This document shows positions 7,255 to 14,516 of a stretch of 20,085 nt of DNA, piece after piece. The position numbers and the translations under genes were made by a program. Below the pieces are notes generated by a model that was not told the DNA's origin, searched no databases, and saw only the letters and a list, made by a program, of their open reading frames with translations. Origin of the DNA: Armatimonadota bacterium (GTDB lineage: Bacteria; Armatimonadota; SYMT01). Numbering within the stretch: the first letter of the stretch is position 1; every line of letters begins with the position of its first letter. The DNA lies in assembly GCA_046292385.1 (NCBI GenBank), contig JBKBRF010000075.1, positions 1-20,085 on the forward strand. The letters are read 5' to 3'.

Positions 7255-10200
7255 ATGAAGCAGTTGTTCACCCCAGGCTGGCGCCGGAGCGCCCTTTCCG
7301 CCGGAGTTTTCCTGCTGTGCGGCGTACCGGCCGCGGCCCTGGTGGCGCAGAAGCCCGCCCCGAAGAAGCCCGCCCGTCCCGCCGCCGCGCCGAAGCCGTC
7401 AGCCGCGGCGACTAAAGCGCCGGTGGAGTTCGCGCGGGAGGTGCAGCCGATCCTCAAGGCGAGCTGCATCCAATGCCACGGCCCCGAAAAGGCGCTGGGA
7501 GGTCTACGGCTCGACACTCGGGAGCTCGCGCTGAAGGGCGGCGTCAGCGGGACTTCCATCGTACCAGGCAAGGGGGCGAAGAGCCTGCTCGTCACCCGGA
7601 TGCTGGGGCACGGCGGCAAGCCGCGCATGCCGCTCGGCTTTGCGCCGCTGCCGGCGCAGAAGATCGCCGCGGTCCAGAGGTGGATCGACCAGGGTGCGGA
7701 GTGGAGCGAGGCCGGCGCCGCGAGGCACTGGTCGTTCGAGCCGCTGCGGCGCCCACGCGTGCCCGCGGTGAAGAACCGCGCCTGGGTGAAGAACCCGGTC
7801 GACGCCTTCGTGCTGGCGCGCCTGGAACAGGAGAGGCTGCAGCCGTCTCCGGAGGCCGACCGGATCACGCTGCTGCGGCGCGTGACGCTCGATCTCACCG
7901 GTCTCCCCCCCACCCCAGCGGAGGTCGACGCGTTCCTGGCGGACCGCTCCCCGGACGCCTATGAGAAGGTGGTGGATCGCCTCCTCGCCTCCCCCGCCTA
8001 CGGCGAGCGGATGGCGCTGCCGTGGCTCGATGCCGCCCGCTATGCGGACAGCAACGGCTTCCAGCAGGACGGCGACACCTACCAGTACATCTGGCGCGAC
8101 TGGCTGGTGCGGGCGCTGAACGAGAACATGCCGTTCGACCAGTTCACCACCTGGCAGCTCGCCGGCGACCTGCTCCCGGATGCCACTTTCGAACAGAAGC
8201 TCGCCACCGGCTTCAACCGCCTCCACCTGCTCAACGGCGAGGGCGGCGCGATCCCGGAAGAGCAGCGGAACGTGATCCTGTTCGACCGCGTCGACGTCAC
8301 CGCCACCAACTGGCTCGGCTCCACGATGGCGTGCGCGCAGTGCCACGACCACAAGTACGACCCGATCACGCAGAAGGACTACTACTCCTTCATGGCGTTC
8401 TTCAACAACGTGCCGGAGACCGGAACGCCGCCGTTCGGAGGCCAGTACCGCATCGCCGATCCCTGGATGTACGCCGGCAGCCCGGAGGAGATGGCGAAGC
8501 TGAAGAGCCTGGAGGAGGCGGTCGCCACCGCGCAGCAGGGAGTCGCCGCCTGGCAGCGGGAGCATGAGGCGGAGATCGCCGAGGCGCAGACGCGCTGGGA
8601 GGCGGACCGCCTGCGGGAGGGCGAGGCCGCCCCGAAGCTCGACCCGTGGCACTTTGTCGGCCCGTTCCCCGCGGAGAGCTTCGACGCCGCCTACGACACC
8701 GCCTTTGCCCCGGAGCAGCGGGTCGACCTCGGCGCCGCCTACCTCGACGGCAAGCTAAAGTGGGCCGCGCGGCCGGAATGGGCCGACGGCAAGCTGCAGG
8801 AGCTGACCGGCGGCGAGAACACCGCGTTCTATCTCTACCGGACCGCCCACTGCGAGCGCGGCGGGCAGGTGACGCTCTCGCTCGGCAGCGACGACGCGAT
8901 CAAGCTCTGGGTGAATGGCGAGCAGGCGCTGGCGAACAAGGTGACGCGCGGCGTGCTGCCGGACCAGGAGAAGGTCACCCTCACCCTGAAGCCGGGCGAG
9001 AACCGGCTGCTGCTCAAGATCGTGAACGGAGGCGCGCTGGCCGGGTTCTACTTCAAGGTGCTGGAAAACGGGCTGAAGCCGGACCTGCTCGCCATCCTGA
9101 AGACCGCCCCGGAAGCCCGCGCCGCGGCCGACGCGAAGAAGCTGCGCGACGCGTTCCTGGCAAGCGCTCCGCCCGCGGGACTGCAGGAAGCGCGGGCGAA
9201 GGTCGCCGCCGCGGACAAGGCGCGGAACGACTACCAGGCCGCCCTCCCGCGCGTGATGATCATGTCGGACGCGCGGCCGCGCAAGACGCACGTCCTCGAC
9301 CGCGGCAACTACGAAGCGCCGAAGGAAGAGGTGCCGGCCGGCACCCCCGCCTTCCTTCCGCCGATGCCGGCCGGCGCGCCGAAGAACCGCCTGGGACTGG
9401 CGCAGTGGCTGGTGAGCAAGCAGAACCCGCTCACCGCCCGCGTCCAGGTGAACCGGTTCTGGCAGCACTACTTCGGGAACGGCCTGGTGAAGACGTCGGA
9501 GAACTTCGGCGTCCAGAGCGAGCCGCCGTCCCACCCGGAATTGCTCGACTGGCTCGCCGCCGAGTTCCGGGACGGCACCGCGGGCAAGAGCCGCGCCTGG
9601 GACATGAAGCACCTCCACCGGCTGATCGTGACGAGCGCCACCTACCGGCAAAGCTCCCGGCTCACCCCGGAGCTGCGCCGGCGCGACCCGGAGAACCGGC
9701 TCCTCGCCCGCGGCACCCGCTTCCGCCTCCCATCCATGCTGCTGCGAGACCTGGCCCTCGCCGCCAGCGGGCTGCTGGACGACCGCCTCGGCGGCAAACC
9801 GGTCTACCCGTACCAGCCGAAGGGGATCTGGGACGGCCTGGCGATCACTAAAGAGCGCGACTTTACCTACCCGCAGTCGACCGGCAAGGACCTCTTCCGC
9901 CGCAGCCTCTACACCTTCTGGCGGCGGACGGTGGCGCCCGCCAACATGTTCGACGCCTCCGTCCGCAACGCGTGCAAGGTGCGCCTCAGCATCACCAGCA
10001 CGCCGCTCCACGCGCTGACCACGCTGAACGACGTCACCTGGGTCGAAGCGGGCCGTGCCCTGGCGGAGCGGGTGATGAAGGAGGCCGGTCCGGACCGGAA
10101 CGCCCGGCTCACGGAGGCGTTCCGCCGCGTCTGCGCCCGCCGTCCCTCCGCGGAGGAGCTGCGGATCCTGAACCGCAGCCTCGACCGCGCCCTGCGCACC

Positions 10201-10347
10201 TACCGCGCCGACCGCAAGGCCGCGGAAGCGTATCTGAAAGCCGGCGAAAGCCCCCGCGACCCCACCCTCGACCCGGCAGAGCACGCCGCCTACGCCAGCG
10301 TCTGCCTGGCAATCTTCAACCTGGACGAGGCGCTCACGCGGGAGTAG
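7255..10347 (+). CDS. Planctomycete-type cytochrome c protein with DUF1549 and DUF1553 (PSD1) domains and an inserted beta-sandwich domain
   Basis: Signal peptide; FAREVQPILKASCIQCHG; HWSF; NPVDAFV; LLRRVTLDLTGLPPT; YGERMA..WLDAARYADSNG; CAQCHDHKYDPI; RLGLAQWL...NPLTARVQVNRFWQ..FG.GLV; PSHPELLDWLA; RRSLYTFWRR; C-terminal NLDEALTRE. Confidence 0.93.
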   Translation: MKQLFTPGWRRSALSAGVFLLCGVPAAALVAQKPAPKKPARPAAAPKPSAAATKAPVEFAREVQPILKASCIQCHGPEKALGGLRLDTRELALKGGVSGTSIVPGKGAKSLLVTRMLGHGGKPRMPLGFAPLPAQKIAAVQRWIDQGAEWSEAGAARHWSFEPLRRPRVPAVKNRAWVKNPVDAFVLARLEQERLQPSPEADRITLLRRVTLDLTGLPPTPAEVDAFLADRSPDAYEKVVDRLLASPAYGERMALPWLDAARYADSNGFQQDGDTYQYIWRDWLVRALNENMPFDQFTTWQLAGDLLPDATFEQKLATGFNRLHLLNGEGGAIPEEQRNVILFDRVDVTATNWLGSTMACAQCHDHKYDPITQKDYYSFMAFFNNVPETGTPPFGGQYRIADPWMYAGSPEEMAKLKSLEEAVATAQQGVAAWQREHEAEIAEAQTRWEADRLREGEAAPKLDPWHFVGPFPAESFDAAYDTAFAPEQRVDLGAAYLDGKLKWAARPEWADGKLQELTGGENTAFYLYRTAHCERGGQVTLSLGSDDAIKLWVNGEQALANKVTRGVLPDQEKVTLTLKPGENRLLLKIVNGGALAGFYFKVLENGLKPDLLAILKTAPEARAAADAKKLRDAFLASAPPAGLQEARAKVAAADKARNDYQAALPRVMIMSDARPRKTHVLDRGNYEAPKEEVPAGTPAFLPPMPAGAPKNRLGLAQWLVSKQNPLTARVQVNRFWQHYFGNGLVKTSENFGVQSEPPSHPELLDWLAAEFRDGTAGKSRAWDMKHLHRLIVTSATYRQSSRLTPELRRRDPENRLLARGTRFRLPSMLLRDLALAASGLLDDRLGGKPVYPYQPKGIWDGLAITKERDFTYPQSTGKDLFRRSLYTFWRRTVAPANMFDASVRNACKVRLSITSTPLHALTTLNDVTWVEAGRALAERVMKEAGPDRNARLTEAFRRVCARRPSAEELRILNRSLDRALRTYRADRKAAEAYLKAGESPRDPTLDPAEHAAYASVCLAIFNLDEALTRE

Positions 10348-10348
10348 A
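10279..10348 (+). repeat. 70-bp direct repeat, left copy (last 22 codons, stop and 1 nt of the PSD1 gene)
   Basis: GAGCACGCCGCCTACGCCAGCGTCTGCCTGGCAATCTTCAACCTGGACGAGGCGCTCACGCGGGAGTAGA, identical to 11959-12028. Confidence 0.97.
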
Positions 10349-11269
10349 TCAGCCGCGCCAACCCTCCTCGGGGCTCCACCGCGCGGCGAGCTCGCGCTCC
10401 TCAACGATCGCCTGGATGATCGGAAGCAGGAACTCGGACAGTCGCAGGACTACGGCCGTCAGCGTGGGGATGTCGCTCGTCGGGGCACTCCTCTTGAGAA
10501 AGGCGTTCCACTGGGTCACCTTTCGCGCATCGGAGCTAAACGCGTCCGTGAGAGCCACCGGTGTGCGGACCGGTACCCGTGTTCCTCGTCTTCGAAAGGT
10601 GGCCGCGACCGCCGAAGCGAGAACGCGTCCATCGAACTCGAAGCGGTGCGAGAGAAGCCAGAGGTCGAAGAAATCTTTCATTCGACTGTTGTCCAGGCCC
10701 AGTGACACCATCGCCTCGAGCTTCTCAGCAATCACCGTCTCGGGTGGGTAAACTCGGAGTCGCGGAGCAGGTAGGTCGAGCAGCACCGGGAAATCGACTT
10801 CCATTGGCTCCGGAGTAATCGGGTCACCGAACCCCACGTCCACCTGCATCGGGATCCGTGCGTGGTCGAGAACGGCGAGAAACGTCACCCGTACCCCGCC
10901 GTATTCTTCCATTTCGCGAATCTCACTACCATGGACGGTATCGGGATGTAGAACCAGTCCATCGGGCTCCACTTCGGTGGCGCACAGCACTCGAAAGATC
11001 TCCACCACCGTCTCTATCGCGGGACTTCCCCGGCCGAGCAGGTCCAGGTCCTTGGTGGAGCGATGGACCTCCGGCGACCAGAGGGTGAACAGCAATGCTC
11101 CCTTCAGCGTGAAGCGATCGTGGTATTCCGATCGGCTCAGCCGGTAGAGGAGCCGCTCCTGGGCGTATTGCCGCAGCACGCGTTGAAACTCCACACCCCG
11201 GCGCTGCGACACGTTCAGGAGACGCTGCCGCACCGACGCTGCAAGGTTTGCTTTCTCAGGTCCATTCAC
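10349..11269 (-). CDS. abiEii: Type IV TA toxin, AbiEii/AbiGii-family nucleotidyltransferase
   Basis: 306 aa; ASVRQRLLN, YAQERLLYRL, FTLKGALL, HRSTKDLDL (DxD), VDVGFGD, AEKLEAM, NSRMKDFFDL. GTG start overlaps the antitoxin stop (GTGA). Confidence 0.92.
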   Translation of the reverse strand: MNGPEKANLAASVRQRLLNVSQRRGVEFQRVLRQYAQERLLYRLSRSEYHDRFTLKGALLFTLWSPEVHRSTKDLDLLGRGSPAIETVVEIFRVLCATEVEPDGLVLHPDTVHGSEIREMEEYGGVRVTFLAVLDHARIPMQVDVGFGDPITPEPMEVDFPVLLDLPAPRLRVYPPETVIAEKLEAMVSLGLDNSRMKDFFDLWLLSHRFEFDGRVLASAVAATFRRRGTRVPVRTPVALTDAFSSDARKVTQWNAFLKRSAPTSDIPTLTAVVLRLSEFLLPIIQAIVEERELAARWSPEEGWRG

Positions 11270-11868
11270 GAGAGCGCCTCCAGGTACGGCTGCATCACCC
11301 GCTCTACCCGGTTGATTCGAGCGAACTCGTGAAGCTCGTCACGGGAGCAGCGGCGGGAGCGCAGGCATTCACGCAGCGCCTCGAGGGCCACGTCCAGGCC
11401 GATCTTGTTCCGAAACTTGAAACAGTCGGCGATCGTCTTCGGCAGGCAATAGATCCGCACCGGCACCCCTTCGATAAGATGCTCTTCCACACCGGCGGTG
11501 AACGACCTACCGGATGACCGGAAGATCCGCAGGGGCGGATGGTCGACACTCGGCACCCGCGCCCGGCTCTCGATCATGAGCCAGACGTCCCACGGGTCCT
11601 GCGTCGTCAGCTCATGGAAGCGCAGCGCGGAGGAGAGGCAGACCACCCCATGGGGCACCCGCTTGCACGCCTCCGCCAGCGAGTGGTGCTCCGAGAAATG
11701 TCCCTCGGCCGGTACGTAGATCCCACGGCCGGTGCGGATGAGCAGCCCCTGATCGCAGAGGCGGCGAAGGTACGAGCGCGGAATACCGGATGCGGCGAGA
11801 TCCCTGGCCCGAACCACGCCGGCCCTCCGCGCCAGCTCGATCAGCTCTTCGCTTCTCGTCATCCGCAT
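11266..11868 (-). CDS. abiEi: Type IV TA antitoxin, AbiEi-family transcriptional regulator
   Basis: N-terminal wHTH (GVVRARDL...LRRL...G.LIRTGRGIY), GVVCLSSALRFHELT, KTIADCFKFRNKIGLDVALEAL, PYLEAL. Start uncertain (11862, 11868 or 11892). Confidence 0.9.
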   Translation of the reverse strand: MRMTRSEELIELARRAGVVRARDLAASGIPRSYLRRLCDQGLLIRTGRGIYVPAEGHFSEHHSLAEACKRVPHGVVCLSSALRFHELTTQDPWDVWLMIESRARVPSVDHPPLRIFRSSGRSFTAGVEEHLIEGVPVRIYCLPKTIADCFKFRNKIGLDVALEALRECLRSRRCSRDELHEFARINRVERVMQPYLEALS

Positions 11869-11901
11869 CGCCGTCTCTACTAAACGCCGCATGTTCCTGA
11901 G

Positions 11902-11940
11902 ATTATACAGCACTTCGTACTACTGCTTAACTATAGCAGT
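11902..11940 (-). promoter_or_regulatory. Putative sigma70 promoter of abiEi-abiEii with overlapping inverted repeat
   Basis: Minus strand TTAAGC-N17-TATAAT (-10 at 11907-11902); inverted repeat ACTGCT-N7-AGCAGT at 11922-11940 covers the -35 position; AT-rich patch in a GC-rich window. Confidence 0.65.
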
Positions 11941-11958
11941 TACGACGGGGGGGGGGCG

Positions 11959-12028
11959 GAGCACGCCGCCTACGCCAGCGTCTGCCTGGCAATCTTCAAC
12001 CTGGACGAGGCGCTCACGCGGGAGTAGA
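11959..12028 (+). repeat. 70-bp direct repeat, right copy (detached 3' end of the PSD1 gene)
   Basis: Identical to 10279-10348, offset 1680 bp; preceded by a G10 run at 11947-11956. Confidence 0.97.
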
Positions 12029-12056
12029 CCGCGCAACGCACCGGCTTTCTCGATGA

Positions 12057-12089
12057 GGGGACCCGCCGCCGAAGAGGCAGCGGGTCCCC
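12057..12089 (+). terminator. Strong GC hairpin, possible terminator
   Basis: GGGGACCCGC-C-GCC-GAAGA-GGC-A-GCGGGTCCCC followed by ATTGCCTTT (weak U tract); about 30 nt after the TAG in the right repeat copy. Confidence 0.55.
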
Positions 12090-12204
12090 ATTGCCTTTCC
12101 GGTAAGCTCCCGAGCACCCCGATCCTCGCTCGGTAGAGCAGGAAGCCCCACGGCGCACACCGAAATCCCCCATGCGACACTATGTGATGGAGAGTGAGGC
12201 TCTC

Positions 12205-13506
12205 ATGTTCACCCAACACTCGGGACTCGCACTCTGCGTGTTCCTGCTCGTAGCGACGAGCTGCAGCGCCCTCGCCGCTCCCGCCCGCGCGGCGAAGAAG
12301 CCAGCACGTCCCGCGCCCAAGAAAACCGCGAAGCCGGCACCGAAGCGTCCAGCTGCCCATCCGCTGAGCCTGGATGAACGCCTGCTCGAGGCGATCCAGG
12401 ACGACGACCCGGCAAAAGTAGCCCAGTTGCTGAAAGCAGGCGCCAAGGCGACCGCCGTGGAGCCGGTCTTCGACGCCCCCGCCCTGCACGTGGCGGCGCT
12501 CGGCGGCAACGTTCGCATCATGAAGGCGCTGCTCGATGCCGGCGCGCCAGTGGACGGAAAGGACGGTGAAGGCAAGACGGCGCTCATGATCGCGGCGATG
12601 CGGCCTACCACCGACGCGTTGAAGCTGCTCCTGGACCGCGGAGCCGATGCGCGAATCCAGGACACGAGTGGCGCCAACGCGCTCTTCTCGGCGGCAATCG
12701 GCGGAGTGGAGAACGTGCGTCTGCTCGTCGACCGCGGTGCGGACATCCACGCGCGCGACGCTTCCGGGGCCACGCCCCTGTTTATCGCCGGAATTGGCGG
12801 AGTCGAGATCGCGCGGCTGCTCATCGAGCGCGGTGCGGAAGTGGATGCGGTGAACTCCGCCGGGCTTACGCCCCTGATACAGTTGCTGCTCTTCGCCGAT
12901 GAGATGAAGTCGCACCTCGACGTCGTGAAACTGCTGGTGGACAAGGGGGCGAACGTCAACGGCAAGGCGGGGTCGATGGAGGCTCTCACCCCGCTGATGG
13001 CGGCTGCGCACCAGGGCAACGTCGAGGTAATCCCGTTCCTGATCCAGAAGGGCGCGGAGGTCGATCGCAGAGGACCGGGCGGTGCTACAGCGCTGATGAC
13101 CGCCTCTTATCTCGGGCAGCTCGGGGCGGTGAAGCTACTCCTGGACGCGGGGGCCGATCCGAAGGTGAAGGGGGTAGATGGGGCGACCGCACCCTTTATG
13201 GTGTTAGCGGGCCCTCCCGAAGAGGAGGATGAGGCCGATGATCCCGCGGCGAAGAAGCGCCGTCTGGAGATCGTGCGGCGGCTGCTGGACAAGGGCGCCG
13301 ACGTGAACGCCGTTATCGGCAAGTTCCGGATCACGATGCTGATGGCTGCAGCGGATGAGGGCGACGTGGCGATGGTGCGGCTGCTGCTGTCGAAGGGCGC
13401 GAACCCCAACCTGAAGGCCACCGACGGCGAGACCGCACTGAAGCTAGCCACGCAGGGCAAACATACCGCGGTCATCAAGCTCCTGAAGGAGAACGGCGCG
13501 CGGTAG
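12205..13506 (+). CDS. Secreted ankyrin-repeat protein
   Basis: Signal peptide from ATG 12205 (GGAGAGTGAGG upstream); K/P/A-rich linker; about 10 repeats of G.T(P/A)L..AA..G....V.LLL..GA.V(N/D). Confidence 0.92.
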   Translation: MFTQHSGLALCVFLLVATSCSALAAPARAAKKPARPAPKKTAKPAPKRPAAHPLSLDERLLEAIQDDDPAKVAQLLKAGAKATAVEPVFDAPALHVAALGGNVRIMKALLDAGAPVDGKDGEGKTALMIAAMRPTTDALKLLLDRGADARIQDTSGANALFSAAIGGVENVRLLVDRGADIHARDASGATPLFIAGIGGVEIARLLIERGAEVDAVNSAGLTPLIQLLLFADEMKSHLDVVKLLVDKGANVNGKAGSMEALTPLMAAAHQGNVEVIPFLIQKGAEVDRRGPGGATALMTASYLGQLGAVKLLLDAGADPKVKGVDGATAPFMVLAGPPEEEDEADDPAAKKRRLEIVRRLLDKGADVNAVIGKFRITMLMAAADEGDVAMVRLLLSKGANPNLKATDGETALKLATQGKHTAVIKLLKENGAR

Positions 13507-13601
13507 CGGTCGTCCACCCGGGCAAGACAGCGAGGGGGAGCCGGCCGGTGCCGCCGCGCACCCCCTCGTGGCGTTGGTCGCCTGGCACCGCCGCGGATTG
13601 G

Positions 13602-14516
13602 CTACCGCCGCTGGAGGCGGTGAACCGGCGGGCTGCCGCCTTCTACGGTGACGAAGAGCGCGTCGCCGGAGCGGCTGTAGGCGATCGCTTCGCCGCCGCG
13701 GAGAGCGGGGAGCGGGACCTGCTTCGGGCGGATGCGGAACGCCGCGGCCACGTCGTCGCCCTTCACCCGCCACTCCCAGGCGTCCGTGTAAGTCCGGATG
13801 ACGATCCGCTCGCCGTCCGGGGAGATATCGGCGCCGGTCGCGAGCCGGCTCCCGGAGGGATCGCGCTTGCTCCCCTCGGTCTCTCCGAACTGGTCGAACT
13901 GGATCGACGCGAGCTTGGTCATCGTGTTCGCGACCTTCGGCTTTAGCGGCACCGGTGCGGCGAAGATGGCGCTGCCCTGCGCCGACTTGGTCACCACGAA
14001 GAGCTGTCCGGTGCGCGGGTGGACGAACAGCCCTTCCGCGTCCCGCGCGCCGTCCGGGTAGCGGAGGTCGAACGCGGCGGCCGGAGCGGTCTCCCCGGCG
14101 CGGCCGGGCTGCGATGGATGGATCGCCGGCTCCGGAATCCGGTACACGGTCAGGTGCGGCCGGATGCGGAAGTTGTCCCCGATGTCGGCGAGGAAGAGCG
14201 ACGGGTTGCCGCTCTCGTCCGGGCCGCGGGCAATGTCCTCCCAGTCGAGCGCGAAGGCGCCCTTCACCCGCAGCATCGCCAGCGTGCGGCCCTGCATGTC
14301 GAAAGCGTAAAGGTTGGCGCCGTCGCCGCTGTCGTTATGGGTGAAGAGCAGGTCGTCCGACTTCGCCGAGGCGGCGAGGCCGCTCGCCTCATTGATCCGC
14401 GGGTCCTGGAGCTTGAAGAGCTGCTCCGGCGGACCGTAGGGGGGCTCGGCCGCCACGGCGGGCAGCAGCAGGGCGAGTGCCAGCAGGCAGATGAGGGGGA
14501 GCGGGCGGCGGTTCAT
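13602..14516 (-). CDS. Secreted protein, probable beta-propeller (phytase-like/SdiA-regulated-like)
   Basis: Signal peptide; INEASGLAAS, THNDSG, DWEDIA, LADIGDN, YPDGARDAEGL, TGADISPDG, EAIAYS. Start overlaps the upstream stop (ATGA). Confidence 0.75.
   Translation of the reverse strand: MNRRPLPLICLLALALLLPAVAAEPPYGPPEQLFKLQDPRINEASGLAASAKSDDLLFTHNDSGDGANLYAFDMQGRTLAMLRVKGAFALDWEDIARGPDESGNPSLFLADIGDNFRIRPHLTVYRIPEPAIHPSQPGRAGETAPAAAFDLRYPDGARDAEGLFVHPRTGQLFVVTKSAQGSAIFAAPVPLKPKVANTMTKLASIQFDQFGETEGSKRDPSGSRLATGADISPDGERIVIRTYTDAWEWRVKGDDVAAAFRIRPKQVPLPALRGGEAIAYSRSGDALFVTVEGGSPPVHRLQRR

Noticed and set aside
10279..12028. Insertion sequence or prophage
   Set aside because: No transposase, integrase or terminal inverted repeats seen, and 70 bp is far longer than an IS target-site duplication. 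Reported as an att-like islet instead.
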